DNA from: Thermovirgaceae bacterium
GTDB lineage: Bacteria; Synergistota; Synergistia; Synergistales; Thermovirgaceae
Assembly: GCA_046542505.1 (NCBI GenBank)
Contig: JBKHBH010000022.1
Location: forward strand, 1 to 28,126
Length of the DNA: 28,126 bases
Direction of reading: 5' to 3'
The translations under genes were made by a program, and so were the position numbers. Below are positions 16,188 through 25,049 of the stretch, in pieces. The notes below the pieces were generated by a model. That model saw only the letters and a list, made by a program, of their open reading frames with translations. It was not told the origin of the DNA and did no database searches. The stretch's first letter is position 1; each line of letters opens with the position of its first letter.

Positions 16188-16216
16188 TTCGCAAAAGGAC
16201 CGAGTGCGTGTATAAT
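16188..16216 (+). promoter_or_regulatory. Putative sigma70 promoter for the ykuK-like gene
   Basis: TTCGCA, 17 nt, TATAAT. Confidence 0.55.
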
Positions 16217-16353
16217 CTTTTCAAACGTGCAATCATCACGTTTATACCCGCCGGAAAAAGCTGCGTTTTGGATTTTTCTGACCTTCCCTTCACGCTGTTA
16301 TGTTGCACGTCTTTTTTGCCGTCAGGCAAATTCATTGTAGGGTTGTGAGGCCG

Positions 16354-16872
16354 GTGAAACATGTCTACAGCTGTACCCACGGGAGATTGACCCTTGAGAA
16401 AGCCATTCTCAAGATACGAGATTTTTCACAGGAGCAAGGGCAATACAACCTGTTCGTGGGAACCGACTCGCAGGTCGTAAACGGGAAGACGCTTTTCGTC
16501 ACCTCAATCGTCGTGCACCGTGTCACGAAAGGAGCCATCTTTTTCATCAACAGCAGGCTGACGGAAAAGACTTTTACCATCCAGAGCCGACTTATCGAGG
16601 AGGCTTATCGAAGCCTCCAGATGGCCCAGCGTATCAATGAGCTGGGCGTGAGGCTCAAGTGCGACATATGCGGCGACGTTAAATGCCTGACTATCGATGC
16701 CGATGTTGGAGAAAACGGTTCTTCCAGGGAAGTAATCCGCGCCATCGTCGGCATGGTGACCGCCTATGGATACACCTGCCGCCTTAAACCGGAATGCGCG
16801 ACCATCAAGGTGGCTGACAAATACACCAAGGTGCGTATGCCTTCGGAGGTTGCACCGGCGCCGGCCTCGTGA
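16354..16872 (+). CDS. RNase H-like YkuK (DUF458) family protein
   Basis: VGTDSQ, T.FVTSIVVHR..KGA.FF, DVGENG, VGMV...G..KP, VADKYTK; GTG 16354 chosen as start (ORF track starts at 16300). Confidence 0.8.
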   Translation: MKHVYSCTHGRLTLEKAILKIRDFSQEQGQYNLFVGTDSQVVNGKTLFVTSIVVHRVTKGAIFFINSRLTEKTFTIQSRLIEEAYRSLQMAQRINELGVRLKCDICGDVKCLTIDADVGENGSSREVIRAIVGMVTAYGYTCRLKPECATIKVADKYTKVRMPSEVAPAPAS

Positions 16873-16991
16873 AAAACGTGAAAGCTGGTCCGGGACAGCC
16901 CAGTTCGGCGCGCCCCGTGAGCATGCAGGGAATATCCGCCGTTGCTTTTCCGAAAACCGGGAAATGAAGGATTCTTTGCGGGTTTTTGGCA

Positions 16992-17020
16992 TTGACAGCA
17001 GAAGGGCGAAAATATACTCT
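16992..17020 (+). promoter_or_regulatory. Putative sigma70 promoter
   Basis: TTGACA (16992-16997) with TACTCT at 17-nt spacing (TATACT at 15 nt). Confidence 0.55.
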
Positions 17021-17090
17021 ATTACTATACTAGGGTAAAATAGGTGCCCCATCCAGGGGCAGGTCGTGGTTTCGCGGGGAGGGAACTCCA

Positions 17091-17483
17091 ATGGCAAGCA
17101 GAATGACCACGGGTGGAACGACCTATGTAGTGGCTAAAAACCCCGCGACCGGGGAATACCAGCTCGTGACGCGGGGTCGGTATCCCTATGTGATGATAGA
17201 AAGTCCCGTGCCGGTGCTGCGGATCGTCAAGTTCGTGGACTTTCTCGGGCACTATGTTGATCCTCTCGAGAACGGCTTTATAGTGGCCTGCTCCCGCCCC
17301 TATGAAGGGGAGTACCTGACCCGGGAGGGGTACGCATCGGTTGTTCTCGACGTGATGGAATTCGTGGAAAAGTCAGGTTTCAGGTGCTGCATTGTGTTGT
17401 CGGCAAGTGTGTGTATCTATGTCAACGTTGATGGTTCCATACGCCCCGGCCAAACTCCGGAGCAGTACGCAGAGATTCTCTAG
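17091..17483 (+). CDS. Hypothetical protein (130 aa)
   Basis: GGAGG RBS, its own candidate promoter and terminator, globular-looking composition; no family recognised. Confidence 0.7.
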   Translation: MASRMTTGGTTYVVAKNPATGEYQLVTRGRYPYVMIESPVPVLRIVKFVDFLGHYVDPLENGFIVACSRPYEGEYLTREGYASVVLDVMEFVEKSGFRCCIVLSASVCIYVNVDGSIRPGQTPEQYAEIL

Positions 17484-17514
17484 CTCAAGGTGCTTGAAGA
17501 CTGTGTGACAGCAT

Positions 17515-17553
17515 AGGAAACCCCGGCGCGGATTCAGCCGGGGTTTCCTTTTT
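17515..17553 (+). terminator. Intrinsic terminator between convergent genes
   Basis: AGGAAACCCCGGC/GCCGGGGTTTCCT 13-bp stem followed by a T run. Confidence 0.8.
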
Positions 17554-17594
17554 GTTCGACAGGCTTTTATGATCCTCTGCTTGGGACCTCCGCT

Positions 17595-17945
17595 TCAGAC
17601 CGAAAGAAGCGCTTTGCCGGATTTCATCCATTCTGTTAGAAATTCTCCGGTGTAGAAGACCTCCACGTCGATACTTTCGAGTTTTTCCACGGCGCCCAGA
17701 TTCTCGGCGCATTTTCTGCAGGCAATGGTCCTGATGCCCTTTTTCCTGAAAGCTTTCAGGCTTTCTTGTACCGACTCGTCCTCGGCAGCCAGCTTTGTCG
17801 CGGCACCCCAGACGAGCAGTGTGACGCCATTCCACCATCCCTTCAGCTTCGCATTGACGGTGTACATGAAGATCATGTTTTCCACCGTCTCCCTCTCGGC
17901 TGTGGTCCAGAGGACGAGGATATCTTCAAAATTGTGTGAATTCAT
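17595..17945 (-). CDS. DsrE family protein
   Basis: LVLWT, MYT.NA...GWW..VTLLVWG, ACRKCA motifs; GGAGGGG RBS on the minus strand. Confidence 0.8.
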   Translation of the reverse strand: MNSHNFEDILVLWTTAERETVENMIFMYTVNAKLKGWWNGVTLLVWGAATKLAAEDESVQESLKAFRKKGIRTIACRKCAENLGAVEKLESIDVEVFYTGEFLTEWMKSGKALLSV

Positions 17946-18087
17946 GGGTATGCCCCTCCCTTCCGGTGATTTTTTCAGTGTACATCAGGATTGCGGATTC
18001 CCCGCCTTGCTTCAGGCAGTCTTGTTTTCTTAAAAAAACAGGCTCCAGCAATGTTACGAACAGAAAACGGGGGGTGACCCGGTTGAC

Positions 18088-18116
18088 TTGACGTGGACGG
18101 GAACAAAGTTTAGTGT
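18088..18116 (+). promoter_or_regulatory. Putative sigma70 promoter for hutH
   Basis: TTGACG, 17 nt, TAGTGT. Confidence 0.5.
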
Positions 18117-18406
18117 ATGCACAAAACTGCAAGCTTTCACAAAACGGCTTGAAGTGTTTTCTTTTGCGGAGCAGGGTTTTCAATCGAGATTTTGCGATGA
18201 ATTTGTACTGATGGTTTTTGATGTCCTTGGGAGAAGATTTGGAAATGTCATCAAGATCTGCAGGCAGGTAACGTTCTGTCCTTCAAAAAGAAATAGGCGG
18301 GCGGGTGTGTTGATCGGCGAGCCCTTCTGCCAAACACTGTTCGTGATTTTCACTGTTGCACGGTCTGCCCGGATATACCAAAAATTTGTTGCCTGGAGGT
18401 ATTCAA

Positions 18407-19939
18407 ATGAGCGGTTCAAGAATTGTCTTGACGGGACATACACTGACCATCGAGGAAATCGTGAGGGTCGCACGGGAAGGCGCTACCGTCGAACTTGACA
18501 GTGAAGCCGCCGCCTTTGTCAGGCGTGGAGCCGAAATGGTGCAGGAGTGGGTCGATTCCGAAAAGGTTGTTTACGGAGTCTCTACAGGTTTCGGCGACCT
18601 GGCGAATGTTACCATTTCTCCGGAGCAGTCAAGGACGCTTCAGGAAAATCTTCTCAAGAGCCATGCCTGCGGCGTCGGAGAGGAACTGCCCGAGGAAGTG
18701 GTGCGGGCGACAATGTTGCTGAGGGTCAATACCCTCATCAGGGGATTTTCCGGTATTTCCCTCGAAACCCTTAACCAGCTCGTCAGCTATCTGAATCTCG
18801 GAATCCATCCGGTTATCCCGAGTCAGGGATCCGTCGGGGCCAGTGGAGATCTTTGCCCCCTTTCCCATCTTGCGGTGTCCCTTCTCGGGATCGGGGAGGT
18901 CAATTACAAGGGCCGGAAAATGTCCACGGAAGAGGCATTGAAGGAAGTCGACCTCGAACCAATTCGTTTGAATCCCAAGGAAGGGCTTGCGCTCAATAAC
19001 GGGACGACGGCCCTCACGGCCCTTGCCGTTTTGGTCGCTTTTGATGCGGTAACACTGTTGAAAACGGCGGATATTTCGGCCGCTCTTTCCCTCGAAGCCC
19101 TGCACGGAGTTCCCTTTGCCTTTGACAAGCGGACCCATGAGCTTCGCCCGCATACGGGACAAAAGAACGTTGCCGAGAATATGCGACGGTTGATTGACGC
19201 GAGTGAGATTATCGAAAAGCACAAACATGAAAGGGTTCAGGATGCCTATTCTCTTCGTTGTGTTCCCCAGGTTCACGGGGCAACCAGGGACGCCCTTGAA
19301 TACGTCATCCAGAAACTTGAGATCGAGATCAATTCGGTCACGGACAACCCGATTATTTTCCCTGCGGACAAGGATGTCATAAGCGGGGGCAATTTCCACG
19401 GACAGCCCATTGCCATTGCAATGGACTTTCTCGGTATCGCCATGGCAGAAATCGCGAGCATTTCAGAGCGACGGGTGGCCCGCCTGGTGGACCACAAGCT
19501 CTCGGGCCTTCCTCCCTTTCTCGTTGAAGACAGCGGTGTGAACAGCGGTTTCATGATTCCCCAGTATGTCTGTGCAAGCATCGTGTCCGAAAACAAGACC
19601 CTTTCACACCCGGCATCGGTTGATTCGATTCCCACGTCGGCCAACCAGGAAGATCATGTTTCGATGGGGTTCTGGGCTTCCCGCAAGGCTTCACAAATTC
19701 TGGAGAATGCCTTCAAGGTCCTTGGCATCGAGGTCATGGCCGCATGCCAGGGGATCGACTTTTCGGCTCCTCTCTCGGCTGGAACAGGTACGAAAGCGGC
19801 CTATGAGGCGGTAAGAAAAGAGCTCCCTTACCTGAAAGAAGACACTTTCCTTCATCCTTTTATCAAGCGTTCGGTAGAGCTGGTGAAATCCGGAGATATC
19901 CTTTCCGCAGTCGAAGCTGAAGTCGGAGAATTGGCGTAG
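18407..19939 (+). CDS. hutH: Histidine ammonia-lyase
   Basis: VYGVSTGFG, MIO tripeptide in GASGDL, histidase-type SH pair in NLLKSHACG, QDAYSLRC, SGGNFHG, NQEDHVSMG; ATG 18407 follows GGAGGT. Confidence 0.93.
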   Translation: MSGSRIVLTGHTLTIEEIVRVAREGATVELDSEAAAFVRRGAEMVQEWVDSEKVVYGVSTGFGDLANVTISPEQSRTLQENLLKSHACGVGEELPEEVVRATMLLRVNTLIRGFSGISLETLNQLVSYLNLGIHPVIPSQGSVGASGDLCPLSHLAVSLLGIGEVNYKGRKMSTEEALKEVDLEPIRLNPKEGLALNNGTTALTALAVLVAFDAVTLLKTADISAALSLEALHGVPFAFDKRTHELRPHTGQKNVAENMRRLIDASEIIEKHKHERVQDAYSLRCVPQVHGATRDALEYVIQKLEIEINSVTDNPIIFPADKDVISGGNFHGQPIAIAMDFLGIAMAEIASISERRVARLVDHKLSGLPPFLVEDSGVNSGFMIPQYVCASIVSENKTLSHPASVDSIPTSANQEDHVSMGFWASRKASQILENAFKVLGIEVMAACQGIDFSAPLSAGTGTKAAYEAVRKELPYLKEDTFLHPFIKRSVELVKSGDILSAVEAEVGELA

Positions 19940-19945
19940 ACAAAG

Positions 19946-19982
19946 AAAAATGACCCGGTTTTTAAAAACCGGGTCATTTTTC
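19946..19982. terminator. Bidirectional terminator
   Basis: Perfect 36-bp palindrome AAAAATGACCCGGTTTTT|AAAAACCGGGTCATTTTT (19946-19981) between convergent hutH and the 19993-20766 gene. Confidence 0.85.
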
Positions 19983-19992
19983 TCACATGTGT

Positions 19993-20766
19993 TCAGGACT
20001 CGATTTTTTCACGAACCTTGTCAGGGGCATGGCACCCGCCAAGCTGATAATAGAGGCACCGCCTCCCCAGGCAGGGAGTGCATGGTGTGTTCTGGAGTTC
20101 CCTTTCCTCGTCTCCCAAAAGGAGGATCGAGCATTCCGATTTGCGCGGATGCATGACATTTTGTTCGTTGAGGAGGATTCCGAGGACTTTGCTCGCCGAT
20201 GTCAATTCAAAAACAGCTGGAATGAGCTCTGACCCTTTTCTCCCGCCGCCCGGGTAATGATCCAGCATCGGATAGAGCCCGAAATCCGATGTTGCTTTTT
20301 CCCTTACGATTTCTCTGAGTTTGAGGTGCATCCCGTTCAACAAAAGAGAAGCGGCAACATCTATCAGGAGGGCCTTGAGATTGTTCCCCTCCCTTGAAAA
20401 TTCCGTAACCTTTTTTTCGATTGCGTCGCCGATGGTCCAGGCCATTAGGGCAGTTCGCGGTGACTTTCCCAGAAATTGCTGGAAAATTTGTCCCGTTCCC
20501 GAATGGATCGTGTCTTTGAATCCTTCCATCAGCCTTCCTGTCGGGATAAAACCGATGAGTCCCTTCGGTTCAAGCAATTCTTCGCAGGAAGCGCTTTCCC
20601 AGAACTCCAGGAACGAGTCAAAAGCCTTTCGGGTCCCGGTGCTTTTTTGCCGATATTGGTTTTCCAGTTTCTTCAGATCAACAAGGATCGGTGTGTCCTC
20701 AAGCTTTTCAAAAGTTTCCGGTGTTGGTCCGTCCCGGTTTTCCACGTAAACTGTAAAATGCTTCAT
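19993..20766 (-). CDS. Stand-alone B12-dependent methionine synthase activation-domain-like protein with a Cys-rich tail
   Basis: TIG..IE, A.LID, YPG.G (compare SPGYG), GI.L....M.P.KS pattern; C-terminal CxxCx4Cx7C; GGGAG RBS. Confidence 0.68.
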   Translation of the reverse strand: MKHFTVYVENRDGPTPETFEKLEDTPILVDLKKLENQYRQKSTGTRKAFDSFLEFWESASCEELLEPKGLIGFIPTGRLMEGFKDTIHSGTGQIFQQFLGKSPRTALMAWTIGDAIEKKVTEFSREGNNLKALLIDVAASLLLNGMHLKLREIVREKATSDFGLYPMLDHYPGGGRKGSELIPAVFELTSASKVLGILLNEQNVMHPRKSECSILLLGDEERELQNTPCTPCLGRRCLYYQLGGCHAPDKVREKIES

Positions 20767-21513
20767 TCGTGACTCCCTTCACGGTTCTCGTATTGTTTAC
20801 CTTCAATACACGGAACGTATCGGGCACGGAATGCTGAGACCAGCAGGCAGAACGGTGCGAAGCAGAACCGGTTCTCTTTCTCCAAAGAAGAAAGAAGCGG
20901 TGCAACAGGCGATACCGAATTCCTTAGCCCATTATAAGGGCCTGCCCTGAAAAGTCCGTCTTCGTAATGATGTGTGTCCCGGTTTGTATTGGAGGACCGG
21001 AGACCTCTCTTCGATGACGTGATTGTGCATCGACGAACCACCGTTCAGGTTGTTCCGGATTCGAAAGCTCCGACAGAATAGCAAGCAGCTGAAAAGTCCG
21101 TTTTGGTGTTGCGATGACATACCGTGATCATGGGAACGGTGGAAGTCGAAACAGCCGGAAGCAGGTGTTCTTTAAAGAAGGATCTTCGGGTTGCAGTAAT
21201 TTGTTCCATCTGGCATTTTGGAAAGGCCTTCTAAAAAAAGTGCAAAATCATTGTGGTTTTGCATGTATGGATGTGCCTTTCGATATAGCTGTTCCCTCTC
21301 GAGTATGTACGCTTTTTTTACCGGTGTGTTTTCCTCTATGCAAAAGCCATTGAGGTTGAGCAGGTCTCAACCTTTCAAAAGGGAATTTTGTACGTTCCTG
21401 TTCGTTTTGTAGAACCTCTGTCTATACCGGCGGGCAACGTGATTAGTTGCTCTTTGTGTCCGAAGTGTCCGAATGAACCTTTTTAAGGCTCGATGAGAGT
21501 GGAGGTTTTTCTC

Positions 21514-22494
21514 GTGAACAAGATGTTGGAATATGTCAACGAACTTGGCAGGATACCAGTCTTTCCGCTTTTGGGATTCCCGGGACTCAAGTTTTTGGGC
21601 AACTCCATCAGCCAGGGCGTAAGGGACGCCCAGATCCAGTTCAACGGGATGGAGGAAAATGCGCGCAGGTATGACGTCGACGGGTTGTTTCATCTCATGG
21701 ACCTGACCATCGAGGCTGAAACTCTGGGAGCCGAGGTCCGATTCCCCGAAGACGAGTCACCTTCCGTCAAGGTTCACCCGCTCAGGGAAAGGGCACAACT
21801 GAAAGACATGAAGATTCCGGATCCGCAAAAAGACGGAAGAATGCCGGTGTTTGTGGAAACGGTCAAGAAAATGAAAACCGGACTCTCCCTCCCTGTGGGA
21901 GCCTATGTCATAGGTCCCTACACCCTCGCTGGAGAAATGATGAAGGTCGAAAACACCCTGCGCTCCACGATCAAGGATCCCGGCGGCCTGAAAGAGATCC
22001 TGACTTTCATGACCAGAGTCATAACACCTTATGCGACAGCTCTTGTCAAGGCGGGGGCGGATATTTTGACGATTCTGGAACCGACGGCTTCCATGCTTTC
22101 TCCGAAGCAGTTTCGGGAATTTTCCGGAGCCTACGTCAAAGAGATTTTTGATGCCTTGCCTGAATGCATGACTGTCTTGCACATTTGCGGCAACACGACA
22201 TACATCCTCAAGGAGATGGCCGCTACCGGGGCGGAAGGGTTGAGTCTCGACACAGCGGTCAAGTTCGACGAAGTGGTCGACAGCGTCCCCAACTCGGTAC
22301 TCATCGGGAATGTCGATCCCGTCCGGGTCATGCTCGACGGGACACCGGAAAAAGTCCGCGAGAGCACACTGGACCTGCGAAGGAAAATGAAAGACTACGA
22401 CAATTTTATTCTCAGTACAGGCTGCGATCTTCCTCCGAAAACCAATCATGAAAACATTCTGGCCTTTGTGGAAGCCGGGAAAGAGAGCCTTTGA
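21514..22494 (+). CDS. URO-D/MtaA-CmuA family protein (probable Zn-dependent corrinoid methyltransferase)
   Basis: DLTIEAETLG, PDP..DGRMP, GPYTLA, Zn ligands LHICG and LSTGCDL, GNVDP; GTG 21514 follows GGAGG. Confidence 0.85.
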   Translation: MNKMLEYVNELGRIPVFPLLGFPGLKFLGNSISQGVRDAQIQFNGMEENARRYDVDGLFHLMDLTIEAETLGAEVRFPEDESPSVKVHPLRERAQLKDMKIPDPQKDGRMPVFVETVKKMKTGLSLPVGAYVIGPYTLAGEMMKVENTLRSTIKDPGGLKEILTFMTRVITPYATALVKAGADILTILEPTASMLSPKQFREFSGAYVKEIFDALPECMTVLHICGNTTYILKEMAATGAEGLSLDTAVKFDEVVDSVPNSVLIGNVDPVRVMLDGTPEKVRESTLDLRRKMKDYDNFILSTGCDLPPKTNHENILAFVEAGKESL

Positions 22495-22638
22495 TACAGT
22501 CGTGGTTTTGCTCCTTTTTAATATTAAATCAACAAACCGGGTAGCGGTGCCATGAGTTTGCCCTTTGAAGGTTTGCAAAGCGTTCTTGTGATCTGGAAAA
22601 GGAAAAATTTATCCGCATTTTAAAGGAGTGGTGCTTCA

Positions 22639-23829
22639 GTGCCGACCAAACTTGGTTTCCCCAACAGCAGAATGGCGAAAATCCCCCTCTCGGGAGGGAT
22701 AAGAGAAATTCTCGCCATTGCAGATGACCTGGAAGCAAAAGGAAAAAACATTATCCACATGGAAATAGGCCGACCGGATTTTGACTCCCCTTCATGCGCA
22801 AAGGAGCGTGTAAAAGAAGCACTCGATGCCGGAAACGTCCACTATACCGATTTTCGTGGAGAAAAAGGTCTCCGCCAGGCGATTTCAGAGAAGTACAAAA
22901 CAGAATATGGCCTTGATGTCGATGCAAACGACAATGTACTTGTAACCGTCGGTGCCATGGAAGCAATGCTTGTAGCTTTCTTGACGCTTCTTGAACCGGA
23001 AGACGAAGTGATAGTGCCTGCGCCCTATTTCCCCGGATATTCGGACCAGCTCGCACTTGCAGAAGCAAAACAGGTTACCGTCCACTGCCGGATGGAAAAC
23101 GGATTCAGGCTTCAGGTTCAGGATCTCGAAAAAGCCATTACAGAGAAAACGAAGCTCATTGTTCTCAATTCTCCCAACAACCCTTCAGGAGCGGTCCTTA
23201 CCAGTGAAGATCTTTCGGCTATCGCTGAACTTGCCCGTGAAAAAGACCTTTGGGTCCTTTCAGACGAATGTTACGAAAAATTTTTGTATGAAGGAGAACA
23301 CCAGACCATTGCATCTTTTCCGGGCATGGAGGAGCGAACCATAATCGCGTCAAGTGCTTCCAAGACGTGGTCAATGACGGGCTGGAGAATCGGCTGGCTT
23401 GTCATGCCTTCTGAAATGACCCCTTACGCGGTGAAATGCCATCAGAACATTACATCCTGCGGCAACTCCTTTGCACAGGCAGGTGTGACTTCTGCCTTGC
23501 GGGAGGCACATGACGACGTCACCGCCATGGTAGCTGAATATCGTCGCCGCAGAGACCTGGTGATTGAATATTTGAAGGAAACCCCAGGAATGGATGTTGT
23601 TGTTCCCGACGGAGCTTTCTATGTATTTCCCAGTATTTCGCGATTCGGGATGACCGACCTCGATTTTTGCATGTATTTGCTGAAGGAAAAGGGGGTTTCT
23701 GTCGTACCTGGAGAAGTTTTTGGAAGCCCGGGCTTCGTGAGGATAGCGTATTGCAGGTCCTATGAAGAAATAGAAGAAGGTATGAAGCGGATCAGGGAGG
23801 CGGCTCAAGAGCTTGCGGCCGGCAAATAG
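22639..23829 (+). CDS. Class I/II PLP-dependent aminotransferase (AspB-like)
   Basis: IGRPDF, NSPNNPSG, SDECY, SASKTWSMTGWRIG (PLP lysine), GAFYVF; AAGGAG RBS. Confidence 0.93.
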   Translation: MPTKLGFPNSRMAKIPLSGGIREILAIADDLEAKGKNIIHMEIGRPDFDSPSCAKERVKEALDAGNVHYTDFRGEKGLRQAISEKYKTEYGLDVDANDNVLVTVGAMEAMLVAFLTLLEPEDEVIVPAPYFPGYSDQLALAEAKQVTVHCRMENGFRLQVQDLEKAITEKTKLIVLNSPNNPSGAVLTSEDLSAIAELAREKDLWVLSDECYEKFLYEGEHQTIASFPGMEERTIIASSASKTWSMTGWRIGWLVMPSEMTPYAVKCHQNITSCGNSFAQAGVTSALREAHDDVTAMVAEYRRRRDLVIEYLKETPGMDVVVPDGAFYVFPSISRFGMTDLDFCMYLLKEKGVSVVPGEVFGSPGFVRIAYCRSYEEIEEGMKRIREAAQELAAGK

Positions 23830-23881
23830 AAGGGAAAGACCGGTCCGCGTAGCCGGGTTTTCAATAAACGTTGGGTGGTTT

Positions 23882-23905
23882 GTATCCGGCAGGGGTGCCG
23901 GATAC
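23882..23905. repeat. Intergenic hairpin upstream of dctP
   Basis: GTATCCGGCA-GGGG-TGCCGGATAC, 10-bp stem with no U tract. Confidence 0.6.
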
Positions 23906-23968
23906 GTGAGGCAACAACGATAAGTGCAACATGTCAGGAAGGACTAAAAAAGAGGAGGTACGAGGAGA

Positions 23969-24973
23969 ATGATCAGGAAAGCATCAGTTTTTCTCATCGC
24001 GGCGATAGTGCTGAGTCTGGTGGCGACCGTTGGGGCAGTTGCAGAGGAGCAATATGTTCTAAAGATCGGAAGCGTTACAAACGAAAGTCACCCCTATTAT
24101 CAGACTTTCCAGAAGGTTTTCGTTCCCTACATCGAAGAACATGCGGGGGACCGTATCAAGGTGGAGTTTTATTTCAATGGCCAGCTTGGAGGAGACAGGG
24201 AAATGGTGGAAATGCTCCAGTATGGTGCTCTCGGCATGGACTGTGCGACGCCAAGCACTCTAAGCAGCTTCGATAAGCGTTTCCAGGTCCTCACGCTCCC
24301 GTATCTTTTCAAAACCAAGGAAATGGCATACAGCTCTCTTGATGGAGAATTTGGCCAAACCCTGGATTCGTACCTCCCGAAGATCAATCTCTACAATCTT
24401 GGGTATTTCGAAAACGGTTTCCGTCATATCACCAACAATCGCAAACCAGTGTACTCTCCGGAAGATGTCAAGGGGTTGAAGATCCGTACCCAGGAAAACC
24501 CGGCTCATATTGAATACTTCAGGGCTGCCGGAGCGAACCCGACCCCAATGAACTGGGGCGAACTCTACACGGCACTCCAGCAGGGAACTGTCGATGCACA
24601 GGAGAATCCGCTTGTTTTGATTCTTGAAGCGAAATTTTACGAGGTTCAAAAATACGTTTCCCTTACGGGACATGTGTATTCACCGACAATGCTGGTCACA
24701 AGCAAAGTCTGGTTCGACAGCCTTCCCGAGGATCTTCAGGAAATCGTCAAGGAGGCGTCCAGGCGTTTTTGCGCGGCTGAAAGAGAGCTTATCAATGAAG
24801 AAGAGAAACACGCAAGAGCCCGCCTTGAAGAACACGGCATGGAAGTCAACGAATTGACTCCTGAACAGATCGATGCCTTTGCCGAGAAGGCAGTGAGTGT
24901 ATACGAAAAAGCCAGAAAGGTTGTTGGTGACGAGTTAGTTGACCTTGCGCTCGAGATACGGAATCAGGACTAA
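23969..24973 (+). CDS. dctP: TRAP transporter substrate-binding protein
   Basis: Signal peptide, NGQLG.D, LPYLF, GFRH, GLKIR (carboxylate-binding Arg), ELYTALQQGTVDAQENP. Confidence 0.94.
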   Translation: MIRKASVFLIAAIVLSLVATVGAVAEEQYVLKIGSVTNESHPYYQTFQKVFVPYIEEHAGDRIKVEFYFNGQLGGDREMVEMLQYGALGMDCATPSTLSSFDKRFQVLTLPYLFKTKEMAYSSLDGEFGQTLDSYLPKINLYNLGYFENGFRHITNNRKPVYSPEDVKGLKIRTQENPAHIEYFRAAGANPTPMNWGELYTALQQGTVDAQENPLVLILEAKFYEVQKYVSLTGHVYSPTMLVTSKVWFDSLPEDLQEIVKEASRRFCAAERELINEEEKHARARLEEHGMEVNELTPEQIDAFAEKAVSVYEKARKVVGDELVDLALEIRNQD

Positions 24974-24992
24974 ATTACGCGCGTAAATTGGA

Positions 24993-25026
24993 CACTTGGG
25001 AGGCGGTTCAAACCGCCTCCCAAGTG
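24993..25026. repeat. Strong hairpin between dctP and dctQ (possible mRNA-stabilising stem)
   Basis: CACTTGGGAGGCGGT-TCAA-ACCGCCTCCCAAGTG with no U tract. Confidence 0.7.
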
Positions 25027-25049
25027 CGACGGAAAAGAGGATGAAACAA

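Noticed and set aside
10545..19939. OYE reductase acting as urocanate reductase together with hutH
   Set aside because: The genes are 6 kb apart in separate transcription units, and known urocanate reductase belongs to a different flavoprotein family
20820..21280. Sigma54 promoter candidates (GGCACG..TGC, TGGCA)
   Set aside because: None has the required GG-N10-GC spacing
20763..21353. ORFs 20763-21041 minus, 20932-21120 minus and 21114-21353 plus
   Set aside because: No clear RBS, atypical composition and no recognisable domain; treated as non-coding
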